DNA from: an uncultured Gemmatimonadaceae bacterium
GTDB lineage: Bacteria > Gemmatimonadota > Gemmatimonadetes > Gemmatimonadales > GWC2-71-9
NCBI GenBank assembly: GCA_964475685.1
Contig: CAYYXP010000068.1
Coordinates: forward strand, 989-64,988
DNA length: 64,000 nt
Direction of reading: 5' to 3'
In this document: one piece after another, positions 30,394-40,915 of the stretch
Layout: every line of letters begins with the position of its first letter
Numbering within the stretch: the first letter of the stretch is position 1
The notes under the pieces: generated by a model
What the model was told of the DNA's origin: nothing
Seen by the model: the letters and a program-made list of their open reading frames with translations, nothing else
Databases searched by the model: none
Position numbers and translations under genes: made by a program

Positions 30394-31403
30394 GACCGGG
30401 CCGCGGTCTCGCGCTGAGCGAACTCGGCAGCGATATGCTGGCTGAGACCGGCCCGGACCGCCCGCAACGCCACCCCGATGCCGTTCTTGATGGCGTTGGG
30501 GCTCGAGGCGCCGTGACAGATGATGGAGACCCCGCGCACCCCCAGCAGGGGCGCTCCGCCGTAGGTGGAATAGTCCAGGTGCTGGAAGAGGTCCCGCAAC
30601 GCGGGGCGCTCCATGACATCGGGCGCACGGTCGACCATCAGGCCGACGAACACCCGGGCCACCGACTCGTAGAACTTGAGCAGGACGTTTCCCACGAAGC
30701 CGTCGCACACCACGATATCCACCGCAACGCGCTGCTGCGGGCCGGGAAGAATGTCGCGCCCTTCGATGTTTCCGCAGTAGTTGATGCGCGGGGTCTGCTT
30801 GAGGAGTTGATGCGCCTCGCGGACGATCGCGTTCCCCTTCCCTTCCTCCTCGCCCACATTGAGGAGGCCGACGACGGGATCGGGCCGGCCGAGGATATCG
30901 CGAATGAAGACGGTACCGAGGAGGGCGAATCCGACGAGTTCGCGGGCGGAACAGTCGAGGTTGGCGCCGCCGTCGATCACCAGGACGGGCTCGCCGCCTG
31001 TGGGGAAGATCGTGGCCAGGGTGGCGCGCTCGACTCCGTCGTGGAGGCCCAAAAGCATCGTGGAGGCGGCCAGCGTGGCGCCAGTGTTGCCGGCCGACAC
31101 GAAGGCGTCGGACGCTCCGTTCTTCTGCAGGGTCAGGCCGACGACGACGCTCGAGTTGGGCTTGCGGCGGACCGAGGCGAGCGGCTTCTCCTCCATGCCG
31201 ATGACATCGGGGGCGGGGACGATCGCGAGACGGGAGCGGTCAACGGTCGGGTAGCGCGACAGCTCGGCCTCGATCGGTTGCGGCCGCCCGACGAGCTGCA
31301 CGAGGAAATCGTCCGGCAACGCCGCCAGGGCCTCGACCACGCCGGCAATTTCCGCCTGAGGCGCGCTATCTCCCCCCATCGCGTCTACCGCGACGCGGAT
31401 CAC
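30390..31403 (-). CDS. plsX: Phosphate acyltransferase
   Basis: 337 aa from GTG 31403, 2 nt after the rpmF stop. VIRVAVDAMGGDSAP N-terminus. Confidence 0.9.
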   Translation of the reverse strand: MIRVAVDAMGGDSAPQAEIAGVVEALAALPDDFLVQLVGRPQPIEAELSRYPTVDRSRLAIVPAPDVIGMEEKPLASVRRKPNSSVVVGLTLQKNGASDAFVSAGNTGATLAASTMLLGLHDGVERATLATIFPTGGEPVLVIDGGANLDCSARELVGFALLGTVFIRDILGRPDPVVGLLNVGEEEGKGNAIVREAHQLLKQTPRINYCGNIEGRDILPGPQQRVAVDIVVCDGFVGNVLLKFYESVARVFVGLMVDRAPDVMERPALRDLFQHLDYSTYGGAPLLGVRGVSIICHGASSPNAIKNGIGVALRAVRAGLSQHIAAEFAQRETAARS

Positions 31404-31405
31404 GC

Positions 31406-31588
31406 TCAGGCGTCCTCGACCTCGATCTGCTTCTTGCCGCGATAATAGCCGCACGATTCGCAGACGCGGTGCGAGAGCTTGGGCGATCCGCAGCGCGGAC
31501 ACGCCTGGGTGCGCGGGCCTGCCGCGGTGTGATGCCCGCGACGCAGACGCTTGCGGGACTTCGAGGTCCGACGCTTCGGAACCGCCAT
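31406..31588 (-). CDS. rpmF: 50S ribosomal protein L32
   Basis: 60 aa. [19 protein letters not shown]... with a CPRCG...CESCG zinc ribbon. Confidence 0.95.
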   Translation of the reverse strand: MAVPKRRTSKSRKRLRRGHHTAAGPRTQACPRCGSPKLSHRVCESCGYYRGKKQIEVEDA

Positions 31589-31595
31589 GATATCC

Positions 31596-32072
31596 TCAAA
31601 CGGGTTCGGCAGAGGTGCGACAGGCGCACAGCCCCGCGTTCAGGTCTGCCCCACATCGGGAGCAGAGTCCGGCACAATCGGCGCGGCACAGCAGGAGATG
31701 GCTCGGGACCGTCAACGCCAGCTCTTCCCGGGCCACCTCGGTCACGTCGACACTTGTCGATCGGGCCGGGAGCGGATAGAAGTCGGGGTCGTCCGCCGCC
31801 TCGGGGTCGCTCGAGAACACCGCCGCGGGGACGTCCACCCGGATCTCTTCGAGCACCTCAGCCAGACACCGCCGGCACTCGCCGCGGACGACCACGCGCA
31901 CGCTGCCCCGCCAGAGGTACTCGCCCTCGCTCGTGCCTTGGAGCTGGCCATCGACCGAGACGTTCCCCACCAAGGTGAGCCCGAGACCCTGAAACGCAGG
32001 GTCATCCGGCCCGAGTGTCCCATTGGTCCGCACGGGACCCCGCTGCAGGTCCCGAATATCCACTCGCAGCAT
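31596..32072 (-). CDS. yceD: YceD/DUF177 family protein (23S rRNA accumulation protein)
   Basis: 158 aa. C-terminal Cys cluster [17 protein letters not shown]. Conserved position upstream of rpmF-plsX. Confidence 0.8.
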   Translation of the reverse strand: MLRVDIRDLQRGPVRTNGTLGPDDPAFQGLGLTLVGNVSVDGQLQGTSEGEYLWRGSVRVVVRGECRRCLAEVLEEIRVDVPAAVFSSDPEAADDPDFYPLPARSTSVDVTEVAREELALTVPSHLLLCRADCAGLCSRCGADLNAGLCACRTSAEPV

Positions 32073-32105
32073 AGCCCCTTAAAGTAGCCGCCACAAGGAC
32101 TTGGG

Positions 32106-32528
32106 TCAACCGGCGAGATCACACTCCGGGAAGAAGAATGCGACCTCGCGGGCAGCGTTCTCGTCGCTGTCGGAGGCATGGATGGCGTTTCGGCCCTTGG
32201 ACTCGGCGTAGAGTTTCCGGATGGTGCCGGGCGCCGCGTCGGCCGGATCGGTCGCGCCGATGACCGTCCGCAAGGTCGCGACGGCATCCGCGCGCTCCAG
32301 CGCCATCGGCAGGCAGGGGCCGCTGGTCATGAAGGCCACCAGGCCATCGTAGAATGGCCGGCCTCGGTGCACGGCATAGAAGGCCGCGGCCTGGGCCGGG
32401 GTAAGCCGGAGGAGTCGCACGCCCCGCACCACGAACCCCTCCTGCTCGAGGTGCGCGATGATCCTGCCCGTCTTGCCGCCGGCGACGGCGTCGGGTTTGA
32501 CGATACCGAGGGTCAGCAAACCGGCCAC
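32106..32528 (-). CDS. ndk: Nucleoside diphosphate kinase
   Basis: 140 aa. LGIVKPDAV and active-site NAIHASDS. Confidence 0.95.
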   Translation of the reverse strand: MAGLLTLGIVKPDAVAGGKTGRIIAHLEQEGFVVRGVRLLRLTPAQAAAFYAVHRGRPFYDGLVAFMTSGPCLPMALERADAVATLRTVIGATDPADAAPGTIRKLYAESKGRNAIHASDSDENAAREVAFFFPECDLAG

Positions 32529-32546
32529 GAATCCTCCCGAGTGGGG

Positions 32547-33428
32547 TCAGCGATGAACAAGGAGCGGGCGGAGCAGGCCGACGACGTCGGCGGGCCGGCG
32601 CATGATGCCGATTCCAGCGGCCTCGAACGCGGCCAGCTTCTCCTCCGCGGTGCCCGAGGAGCCGGAGATAATGGCGCCGGCGTGTCCCATGCGCCGTCCC
32701 TTCGGCGCCGTCTGTCCGGCGATGAAACCGACGACAGGCTTGCTCACGTGCGCCTTCACGAACGCCGCCGCGTTCTGCTCGTCGGTGCCGCCGATTTCCC
32801 CCATCACGACGATGGCGTCGGTGAGGGGGTCCTCTTGGAACGCCTGGAGGCAGTCGATGAAGTTGGTGCCGATGATGGGGTCGCCCCCGATGCCGACGCA
32901 GGTGCTCTGCCCGATGCCGTTCCGGGTGAGGTGATGCACGATCTCGTAGGTGAGCGTGCCGCTGCGGGACACGAGGCCGACCCGGCCCGGCATGCAGATG
33001 TTGCCAGGGATGATGCCGACCTTCGCGTTGTCCCCCGGCGAGATGAGGCCGGGGCAGTTGGGCCCGATCAGCCGCGCTCCGCGGGAGCGCACGAACGGGA
33101 CTGTGCGGCTCATGTGCATGACCGGGATGCCTTCGGTGATGCAGACGATGAGCGGAATGCCGGCATCGGCCGCCTCGATGAGGGCTGCGGCGGCGGCCAT
33201 GGGAGGAACGTAGACGACCGAGGTGTTGGCGCCGGTTTCCGCTACCGCGTCGGCCACGGTGTCGAACACCGGCACCTTCCCCTCGAAGACGTGGCCACCC
33301 TTCCCCGGCGTCACCCCCGCGACGACCCGGGTGCCGTATTCCAGCATCTGGCGGGTGTGAAACGACCCCTCCCGCCCGGTGATCCCCTGCACCAGGAGAC
33401 GGGTGTCGGCGCCGGCGAAGATGCTCAC
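32547..33428 (-). CDS. sucD: Succinyl-CoA ligase alpha subunit
   Basis: 293 aa from GTG 33428 (GTGA overlap). [17 protein letters not shown], phosphohistidine MGHAGAII. Confidence 0.95.
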   Translation of the reverse strand: MSIFAGADTRLLVQGITGREGSFHTRQMLEYGTRVVAGVTPGKGGHVFEGKVPVFDTVADAVAETGANTSVVYVPPMAAAAALIEAADAGIPLIVCITEGIPVMHMSRTVPFVRSRGARLIGPNCPGLISPGDNAKVGIIPGNICMPGRVGLVSRSGTLTYEIVHHLTRNGIGQSTCVGIGGDPIIGTNFIDCLQAFQEDPLTDAIVVMGEIGGTDEQNAAAFVKAHVSKPVVGFIAGQTAPKGRRMGHAGAIISGSSGTAEEKLAAFEAAGIGIMRRPADVVGLLRPLLVHR

Positions 33429-34564
33429 GCCCCCGCCCGGGCCAGCTTCACGACCTGTTCGACGGCCTGATCCATGTCGCTCAGCGCCCTCATGCCCACA
33501 CCCTCGAGAATGCGGATGGCCTCCGCCTCGTTCGTACCGGTGAGCCGGATGACGATGGGGACGGCGACCTTGAACTGGCGGGTGGCGGTGACGATGCCAT
33601 TGGCGACGTCGTCGGTCCGGGTGATGCCTCCGAAGATGTTGAAGAGGATCGCTTTGACGTGGGGGTCGCTGGTGATGATCCTGAGCGCCGCGATGACCTT
33701 CTCGGGATTGGAGCTGCCGCCGATGTCGAGGAAGTTGGCGGGCTCCCCACCGTAGTACTTGACCAGGTCCATGGTGGCCATCGCCAGCCCCGCCCCGTTG
33801 ACCACGCACCCGACGTTCCCGTCGAGCTTGATGAACGACAGGTTGGCCCGGCGCGCCGCGGCCTCGCTCGGCTCTTCGGCGGTATCGTCCCGCAGGAGCC
33901 CGAGGTCCGGCCGCCAGAACAGCTCGTTGTCGTCGATCACGATCTTGGCATCGAGCGCGAGAACCCGGCCGTCGGGAGTGGTCGCGAGCGGGTTGATCTC
34001 CGCGAGTGAGGCGCCGTTGGCGACGAACGCGGCATACAGCTGTTCGATGATCCTGGCGGCGGCCTTCACCTGATTGAAATCGCGGTAGAGCGCGAAGGCG
34101 AGCCTGAGGGCCTGGTGGGGGAAGACGCCGTAGGTGGGGTCGACCGCCAGGCGGACGATCTTCTCCGGGGTCCGTGCCGCGATCTCCTCGATGTCCACTC
34201 CCCCGGCCGCGCTCACCATGAACACCGGGCGCTGGCTTTCCCGGTCCATGATCAGGCCGAGGTAGCTCTCGGAGGAGATCTCCGCAGCCGGGACGACGAG
34301 CACCTTCTGCACCGTCAGTCCCCGGATCTGCATGCCGAGGATCTCGGAGGCGTGGTCGAGCGCCTCTCCGGGTGTGCGCACCAGGCGGACGCCGCCGGCC
34401 TTGCCCCGTCCCCCCGAGTGCACCTGGGCCTTAATGACCACGGGGCCGCCCAGCCTCCGCGCGATCGCCTCGGCCTCCGTCGGCGTCGACGCGACATCGC
34501 CATCGAGCATGGGTATTCCCTGCGCCTTGAGCAGCGCCCGGGCCTGATATTCGTGGATGTTCAA
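33425..34564 (-). CDS. sucC: Succinyl-CoA ligase beta subunit
   Basis: 379 aa. Canonical MNIHEYQA N-terminus encoded from a TTG codon at 34564, immediately after the arcC TGA. Confidence 0.95.
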   Translation of the reverse strand: MNIHEYQARALLKAQGIPMLDGDVASTPTEAEAIARRLGGPVVIKAQVHSGGRGKAGGVRLVRTPGEALDHASEILGMQIRGLTVQKVLVVPAAEISSESYLGLIMDRESQRPVFMVSAAGGVDIEEIAARTPEKIVRLAVDPTYGVFPHQALRLAFALYRDFNQVKAAARIIEQLYAAFVANGASLAEINPLATTPDGRVLALDAKIVIDDNELFWRPDLGLLRDDTAEEPSEAAARRANLSFIKLDGNVGCVVNGAGLAMATMDLVKYYGGEPANFLDIGGSSNPEKVIAALRIITSDPHVKAILFNIFGGITRTDDVANGIVTATRQFKVAVPIVIRLTGTNEAEAIRILEGVGMRALSDMDQAVEQVVKLARAGA

Positions 34565-35521
34565 TCAACCCCTCACGATGGTGGTGCCTGCATCGCCGCG
34601 GAGGGCGGCGGGTCCGGCGGTCAGCCCGGCGATGATGGCGCGTCCTCCGGTGGCCGCGGCAAAGGACGCGGCGGCCTCCACCTTCGGCTTCATTCCCCCG
34701 GTGTCCAGCGATCCACCCGCGATGAGCGCCTCGGCCTGCGCCACCGTCATCCGCCGGATCGGCCGGGCCGCCGCGGTACCCCAGCCCTCGAACACCGCAT
34801 CCACGTTGGTGAGGATCATGAGAACTTCGGCGCCGAGCTGACTGGCGAGAATGGCGGACACCCGGTCCTTGTCCACCACGGCATCGATCCCTTCGAGGCC
34901 CAGCATGGGGTCGACGTAAACGGGTGGGCCGCCGCCTCCGGCAGCGATGACTATCGTGCCCTGCTCGATCAACCGCCGCACCACGTCGAACTCCACGACG
35001 CCGAGCGGGGCCGGGCTGGTGGTCATGCGCCGCCACGCCCCGCTGCCATCGCGTTCCACCACACGACCGGCCTCCCGGAGGAGGGCGGCTTCGTCGTCGC
35101 TGAGCGGACGGCCGATCGGCTTGGTGGGTCGGCTGAGCGCGGGGTCATTACGGTCCACCAGTGTCTGCGTCACCACCGTGACGACATCGCGCCGGACGCC
35201 GGCCGCGGTCAGCGCGTTCTGGAGCGTCTGCTGCAGCATGTAGCCGATCCACCCGGCGGTTTCCGCCACCAGGATGCCCAGCGGCAGTGGCTCCACGAGC
35301 CGGCGCGCGATCTCGTTCCGGACCACCTCATCGCCGACCTGGGGCCCGTTGCCGTGAACCAGGACGATTCGCCAACCGTCCCGCGCGAGCTCCACGATCG
35401 GCGCCAGGCTCTCGCGCGCCCGCCGAAACTGGTTGGCAACGGTCGCAGGCTCATCCGCCCGAGCGAGCGCATTGCCGCCGAGGGCGATCACGGCGGTGCG
35501 GGCGGGCCCCTGCCCCGTCAA
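34565..35521 (-). CDS. arcC: Carbamate kinase
   Basis: 318 aa. IALGGNAL and hallmark VHGNGPQVG, in the amino-acid kinase fold. Confidence 0.8.
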   Translation of the reverse strand: MTGQGPARTAVIALGGNALARADEPATVANQFRRARESLAPIVELARDGWRIVLVHGNGPQVGDEVVRNEIARRLVEPLPLGILVAETAGWIGYMLQQTLQNALTAAGVRRDVVTVVTQTLVDRNDPALSRPTKPIGRPLSDDEAALLREAGRVVERDGSGAWRRMTTSPAPLGVVEFDVVRRLIEQGTIVIAAGGGGPPVYVDPMLGLEGIDAVVDKDRVSAILASQLGAEVLMILTNVDAVFEGWGTAAARPIRRMTVAQAEALIAGGSLDTGGMKPKVEAAASFAAATGGRAIIAGLTAGPAALRGDAGTTIVRG

Positions 35522-35561
35522 AGGCCCCCCAAGCTAGTCCCGGCCCCAGGGGCGAGCAAGC

Positions 35562-38003
35562 TCATTCCGCCTCGATTCCGAACGACTTGCGAAGTGTCTC
35601 CCAGGCCTTTCCGAAGGTGACCCAGTCGCCGATGCGGAGCGCCGAATCGGCGTGAAGAAGCAGCCGGCGCGCCTCCTCCAGCCGGGTCGCCTGGGCAATT
35701 CCGGCCAGGGACGGAACGGTGGCTCCGAGGAGGTTGCTCCATGCCTCGGGAAAGCCATGGCCCGCGCCCAGCCGCCCGTCGCTCGCGACGCTGACCCAGA
35801 CCACGATCGTCTCGCCGTCACCGCGGCGGGCGAAGTGGGACTGGTAAGCCACGACTCCGGTCGAGGTCAAGGCGAACCGCACCGGCCCGCGCTCGAGCCG
35901 CCCCACGTCGTCCTGGATCGAGTCGCTCAGGGACCCGTACGTCGGGAAGCGGCTCCACCGGCTTTCGAGCGCGGCGCGCGAGGGAAGCGCGCGCGCCGAA
36001 TCGAGGCGCACGAGGCGCAGGGCATCATGCCCGTCCGCCCTGCCGGCCACCAGCAGGGCGTCGATGCGGCGGTCTCCCGCGCGCTCGTAGGCGACCACCA
36101 GCTCCGTCCCCGAGGTATCGGGCGACCAGGCGATCTCGGACATCGGTGTTGCGCTCGTTCCGCCCTCCGCTCTCCCGCCGCCGGTCCCGAGTTTCCATCC
36201 GGGTCGCTCCAGCGCGCGGGCCTGGACCCGCAGCAACTCGGCGGGATAGGGCATCGCGCGGAGAACGGCCATCGGGATGGCGGCCGAAGGCTCCACCACC
36301 CCTTCGGAGACCGACGCCCACGCCGCGCCCAACGGGTCGTCTCCGGGCCGGAGAAAGATGCGTGTCGCCCCGGTCTCCGCCGTGACCACGCCGACGAAGC
36401 TTGCCCGAAGTGAGCCGACGCGCCGGCCCCGCCACTCGGCCCGGAGGGCGAGGGGAAAACTCGACGCCGCGACGTACCCGTCCACCAGCCATACGAGCTC
36501 GCCGTCGATGATGCGAGCGACCGGCTCGCCCCACGAGGCGAAGGGGGCAAGGCGACCGAGACGATCGGCGGGGGCGAGCTCCCAGTCCACTCTCGGGTCG
36601 GGCGGGAGGCGGCCGAGCAGCTGGCTGGCCTGGAGCGCCCAGGTGAGCATGACGCGCCTGGGCCAGGAGGAGATGGGGATCCCCGGCCCCTCCCGGCCGT
36701 GAAGCCGGTAGCGTGGCGCCCCCGGAAATGACGCGCCGCTCCCGAGCTCGAGGAGGGGGGTGGCGCGGAGTCCGGGGAGCGAGTCCTTGGCGCGATAGAA
36801 CAGTGGCTCCCCCCCGGCGCCGGTACGGTCGTCCGCCATGGCCACCAGCGACACCCGGTCGGATTTCGCACGCCGCGCGGCGAGCCACACGGGGTGCCGC
36901 CCGTTGCCGAGGGTGAGCACCGCGGGAGCGACGGACAACACCTGGACCGAGTCGCCGGTGAGCGCTCTCTCGATCGTTGCCGGGTTCCAGAGGCTGGGAA
37001 GCCGCGGTGCTTCCGGGGGCTCGACCTGGGAAAGGTTCGTGGTAGTCAGGGGACGAAGGGCATAGGCGGCGTCTTCCATTCGGACGGCGGTCAGGCTGTC
37101 GGTGAGGGACTCTCCACCTCCCGTCATGGCCGGCGGGACTATCCAGTGGCCCACCAGCGACGCGCCAACCAGCACGATCCACCCCGACGCGGCGAGCGCA
37201 TGCCGGGCGCGGAGCGCCCATGTTGCCGAAAGCACCGAAGTGGCCAGCGCAATCCCGGCAAGGAGCGGCGCGGTCAAGGTCACCGCCTTCCATCGGGCCC
37301 GATCGGGGAGGCCGTCGAGCCCGGCCACCAACTCGTACGGCTCGAGGAGGTATCCCCACATCAACGCGAGTGCGAGCCCCACGAGCAGCCAGCCGAGATG
37401 GATTCTGGCGTGAGTGTTGATGGCCGGCCTTCCGTCGATCCAGCGCACGGCCCCGACAAGAAGGTAGAGACCGAAGACGGTGGCGAGACCCAGGCCCACG
37501 AGGAGGAGGAGGAACCCGTGCGCCGCGCGCCAGACCGGCAACTGGGCGACGTACAGGCCGACATCGTGGTGCAGGAGCGGCTCCAGATCGCCGTAGGCCA
37601 CGCCCTGCCAGGCCAGTGCCACCTGGGGCGCGAGCCTCGACGTTCCGGCTCCCACCAGGAGTCCGAGGAAGGCCCCGCTGAGGACTGCCACGGCGAGCAG
37701 CGCCCCCGGCGTGAGCGCCTCCCGGATTTCCAGGTTGGCGACATTCCGCCGCACCTGCACCGAGCCCACGGCCCGGTACACCGCGACGAAGTGGCCGATG
37801 AACCAGGCGGAGGCCACCACCACGCCGGTGATGTCGAGGACCAGTCCGAGCAAATGCCAGTCGGTGAGGAATGCGGCAGACTCGGGCGCGACTTCGGCGG
37901 CCCACCAGCGGTCGGCGCACAGCGCCGAGAACCACCGGCCCGCGAAGAGAAGGGCGACGATTCCCGCGAGGCCTGCGGCGAGCCGCCGACTACGGTGGGA
38001 CAC
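35562..38003 (-). CDS. Large polytopic membrane protein, UPF0182/COG1615-like
   Basis: About 813 aa from GTG 38003, 4 nt after the upstream stop. About 7 N-terminal TM helices, then a ~500-aa extracytoplasmic domain. N-terminal DRWWAAEV and C-terminal ...IVVWVSVASDGRLGAGHGFPEAWSNLLG patterns resemble UPF0182. The first 55 codons of the ORF-track call overlap the upstream gene. Confidence 0.5.
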   Translation of the reverse strand: MSHRSRRLAAGLAGIVALLFAGRWFSALCADRWWAAEVAPESAAFLTDWHLLGLVLDITGVVVASAWFIGHFVAVYRAVGSVQVRRNVANLEIREALTPGALLAVAVLSGAFLGLLVGAGTSRLAPQVALAWQGVAYGDLEPLLHHDVGLYVAQLPVWRAAHGFLLLLVGLGLATVFGLYLLVGAVRWIDGRPAINTHARIHLGWLLVGLALALMWGYLLEPYELVAGLDGLPDRARWKAVTLTAPLLAGIALATSVLSATWALRARHALAASGWIVLVGASLVGHWIVPPAMTGGGESLTDSLTAVRMEDAAYALRPLTTTNLSQVEPPEAPRLPSLWNPATIERALTGDSVQVLSVAPAVLTLGNGRHPVWLAARRAKSDRVSLVAMADDRTGAGGEPLFYRAKDSLPGLRATPLLELGSGASFPGAPRYRLHGREGPGIPISSWPRRVMLTWALQASQLLGRLPPDPRVDWELAPADRLGRLAPFASWGEPVARIIDGELVWLVDGYVAASSFPLALRAEWRGRRVGSLRASFVGVVTAETGATRIFLRPGDDPLGAAWASVSEGVVEPSAAIPMAVLRAMPYPAELLRVQARALERPGWKLGTGGGRAEGGTSATPMSEIAWSPDTSGTELVVAYERAGDRRIDALLVAGRADGHDALRLVRLDSARALPSRAALESRWSRFPTYGSLSDSIQDDVGRLERGPVRFALTSTGVVAYQSHFARRGDGETIVVWVSVASDGRLGAGHGFPEAWSNLLGATVPSLAGIAQATRLEEARRLLLHADSALRIGDWVTFGKAWETLRKSFGIEAE

Positions 38004-38007
38004 CGAG

Positions 38008-39378
38008 CTAGGCGCGCACGCCCTGCCCGGCGAGCCAATCGACGACTTCGCCGCGGTAGGCGTCGAGCTCTCGCGGGTCGGTGGCCTCGAATCGCATGAC
38101 GAGCACGGGCTGGGTGTTGGAGGCGCGCAGCAATCCCCACCCCGCGGGGAAGGTGATCCTGACGCCATCGATCGTATTCACCGGATACCGTGCGGCGAAA
38201 TACGCGGCCGCGCGTTCGACGATCGCGAACTTCTCCTCCTCCGGCGCCTCAATCCGCATCTCCGGCGTCGCCGTCGTCCTGGGAAGGTCGGCGAGCAGCG
38301 GCGAGAGGCCGAAGGGCTGCCGGCTGACGATTTCCAGCAATCTCGCGGCGGCGAAGAGGGCGTCGTCGAACCCGAGATAGTCGCCGCCGAAGAACATGTG
38401 CCCGCTCATCTCGCCGGCAAGGGGAGCATTCAATTCCTTCATCTTGGCCTTGATGAGCGAGTGCCCCGTCTTCCACATCACCGGTCTGGCGCCTGCCTTC
38501 TCGAGCGCCGCCGGGAGCACCTCGGAGCACTTCACGTCGAAGATCACCGGCGTGCCCTGCCCGAATCGCCGGACGGCATCCCGCCCGAAGATGACGAGGA
38601 GCTGGTCGCCCCAGATAATCTCGCCGGATTCGTCCACGGCCCCGATGCGGTCGGCGTCCCCGTCGAAGGCGATCCCCAGCTCTGCCCCCGTGCGGCGGAC
38701 CGCGGCCTGGAGGTCGCGGAGGTTCTCCGGGACGGTCGGGTCGGGATGATGGTTCGGGAAGGTGCCGTCCGATTCGCAGAAGATGGCCGTGACTTCCGCG
38801 CCGAGCGCCTGGAGGGTGGGCACCGCCACCAGGCTGCCCACACCGTTCCCGCAGTCCACCACGACTTTCACCCGGCGGGCCAGGTGGTGTCGGGAGATGA
38901 TCGCCTCCCGGTATCTCCGGAGCACGGTGTCGTCACTCGTCTCGTGCCCCTCCCCGCTCCGCCACCGCTCCGCCGTGATGATCTCCCAGAGATCGAGGAT
39001 CTCGTCGCCGTGAAACGCCTCGCCGCCGAGCACCATCTTGAAGCCGTTGAACTCCGGTGGGTTGTGGGAGCCCGTCACCTGGAGGCCGCCATCGGTCTCG
39101 AGGGCGGAGACGGCGAAGTACAGCGCGGGTGTGGGCAGCGTCCCGACGTCGACCGCGGTGCCGCCGGCCTCGAGGATGCCGCGCCGCACGCCCTCGGAGA
39201 GTGCCGGCCCCGACGGGCGGTTGTCGCGCCCGACCGCGATGACCGGGGCGCGCTCCAGGCGCCGCCACGCGACGCTGGCAAAGGAACGGCCGATGGCCCG
39301 GCCGAGCTCCGGGGTGAGTTCCTTGCCGACGATGCCCCGGACGTCGTACTGGCGGAAGATGGACTTGGGAACGTTCAT
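38008..39378 (-). CDS. Phosphomannomutase/phosphoglucomutase (alpha-D-phosphohexomutase family)
   Basis: 456 aa. Active-site TGSHNPPEFNGFK (PMM/PGM type rather than GlmM type) and metal loop FDGDADR. Confidence 0.85.
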   Translation of the reverse strand: MNVPKSIFRQYDVRGIVGKELTPELGRAIGRSFASVAWRRLERAPVIAVGRDNRPSGPALSEGVRRGILEAGGTAVDVGTLPTPALYFAVSALETDGGLQVTGSHNPPEFNGFKMVLGGEAFHGDEILDLWEIITAERWRSGEGHETSDDTVLRRYREAIISRHHLARRVKVVVDCGNGVGSLVAVPTLQALGAEVTAIFCESDGTFPNHHPDPTVPENLRDLQAAVRRTGAELGIAFDGDADRIGAVDESGEIIWGDQLLVIFGRDAVRRFGQGTPVIFDVKCSEVLPAALEKAGARPVMWKTGHSLIKAKMKELNAPLAGEMSGHMFFGGDYLGFDDALFAAARLLEIVSRQPFGLSPLLADLPRTTATPEMRIEAPEEEKFAIVERAAAYFAARYPVNTIDGVRITFPAGWGLLRASNTQPVLVMRFEATDPRELDAYRGEVVDWLAGQGVRA

Positions 39379-39412
39379 CGGAAGCAGCCTGTGAAGGGGG
39401 GGTGGGGCAGGC

Positions 39413-40915
39413 TCAGGGCCCGGTCGGCGGCGGCCCGGTCTGGGTGAGGGTCTCGGCGCTCCGGCCCGCCAGGTCGAGCAGCCCTCCCGGCCAGACCCCC
39501 AGCAGCAGAATGAGGGCCACTGACACCGCGATGGCGCCGGCGGTGGCCGGGGTCAGGCGCAGCCCCTCGTAGCGGGATGCCGGGGGCGCGGGCTTCATGT
39601 ACGCGGCCATGATCACCGGCAGGTAGTAGCCCGCTGACACGACGCTGGTCACGACCAGCACGACGGGAAGGATGAACTGCCTTTCGGCCACCGCCGCCGA
39701 GATGATGTACCACTTTCCGATGAACCCGAAGGTACCCGGAAAACCAAGCAGCGACAGCATGCACACGGTGAGCCCCAGCGCGAGCAGCGGCCGGGTCGCG
39801 CCAAGCCCCGCCAGATCGTCGGTGGTGAGGTCGCGCTCCCCGCCCCGCCCCAGCACCGCAACAAAGCCGAAGCTCGCCAGGGTAGTGAGTCCGTACGCGA
39901 GCAGGTAGAGGAGCACCGCCCCGGCACCCATGTGCGATCCGGGCCAGACGGCGACCAGCAGGTATCCGGCGTGGGCGATCGAGCTGTAGGCAAGCATCCG
40001 CTTGACCGAGCGCTGGGTGAGCGCCACGAGGTTTCCGAGCACCATCGAGGCAATCGCCATGGCGGCGATCACCGGCTGCCACAGCGGTGCCGCCGAGGGG
40101 AACGCCTCGAGCAGCACGCGGACGAGCGCGGCGAACGCCGCGGCCTTGACGCCCGTGGCCATGAAGCCGGAAACCGGAGTGGGCGACCCGTCGTACACGT
40201 CCGGCGCCCACATGTGGAAGGGCACCGCGGCCACCTTGAATCCGAATCCGATCAGGAGAAGGCCGAGCCCGAGTGACGCCATGAGAGGCGGGAGCCCGCC
40301 GGAGAGCTGGGCGCCGATGAGCGAGAGGTTGGTCGTCCCCGTGGCTCCGTACACGAGCGCAATGCCGTAGAGAAGGAAGCCGGAGGCGAACGAGCCGATC
40401 AGGAAGTACTTGAGGGCCGCCTCGGCGGAAAACGGATTGGCTCGATCGTATCCCGCCAGGACATATACGGCCACCGACATGACCTCGAGGCCGAGGAAAA
40501 GGACGATGAGGTCCTCGGCCCCCGCGAGGAACATCATCCCGGCGGTGGCGAGCAGAATCAGCGGATAGTACTCCGGCGCCAGGAGCCGCTCACGCTCCAG
40601 ATACGCGATCGAGATCATGATGGTGCCGGCTGCCGCGATCAGGGCCACTGCCGCGGCGGCGTAGCGAAACGAGTCGAGCGCGACCATCTGGGCCAGCCCC
40701 TCGGGTCCCACCCCCATCATCCACATCGCGCCCAGCGCGGCGGCGCTGACGAGGACCCCCAGCAGGCTCAGCCACCCGGCGAGCCTGCTGTCCTCCACGG
40801 TCTCGTGCCGCCAGCTCACGACGAGCAGTACGATCAACGCCGCGACCGACAGCAGGATCTCGGGGAGCAGTGCCGCCGTGATGCCCAGCGGAGTACCGAG
40901 GTCGAGATTGTTCAT
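39413..40915 (-). CDS. nuoN: NADH-quinone oxidoreductase subunit N
   Basis: 500 aa from ATG 40915 (ATGA overlap with the nuoM stop). A 14-TM antiporter-like subunit, last gene of the nuo operon. The ORF-track extension to 41911 overlaps nuoM. Confidence 0.9.
   Translation of the reverse strand: MNNLDLGTPLGITAALLPEILLSVAALIVLLVVSWRHETVEDSRLAGWLSLLGVLVSAAALGAMWMMGVGPEGLAQMVALDSFRYAAAAVALIAAAGTIMISIAYLERERLLAPEYYPLILLATAGMMFLAGAEDLIVLFLGLEVMSVAVYVLAGYDRANPFSAEAALKYFLIGSFASGFLLYGIALVYGATGTTNLSLIGAQLSGGLPPLMASLGLGLLLIGFGFKVAAVPFHMWAPDVYDGSPTPVSGFMATGVKAAAFAALVRVLLEAFPSAAPLWQPVIAAMAIASMVLGNLVALTQRSVKRMLAYSSIAHAGYLLVAVWPGSHMGAGAVLLYLLAYGLTTLASFGFVAVLGRGGERDLTTDDLAGLGATRPLLALGLTVCMLSLLGFPGTFGFIGKWYIISAAVAERQFILPVVLVVTSVVSAGYYLPVIMAAYMKPAPPASRYEGLRLTPATAGAIAVSVALILLLGVWPGGLLDLAGRSAETLTQTGPPPTGP

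Noticed and set aside
34565-35521. Arginine deiminase (ADI) pathway operon
   Set aside because: Only the carbamate kinase is present. No arcA, arcB or arcD lies within the window, so a pathway call is unsupported.
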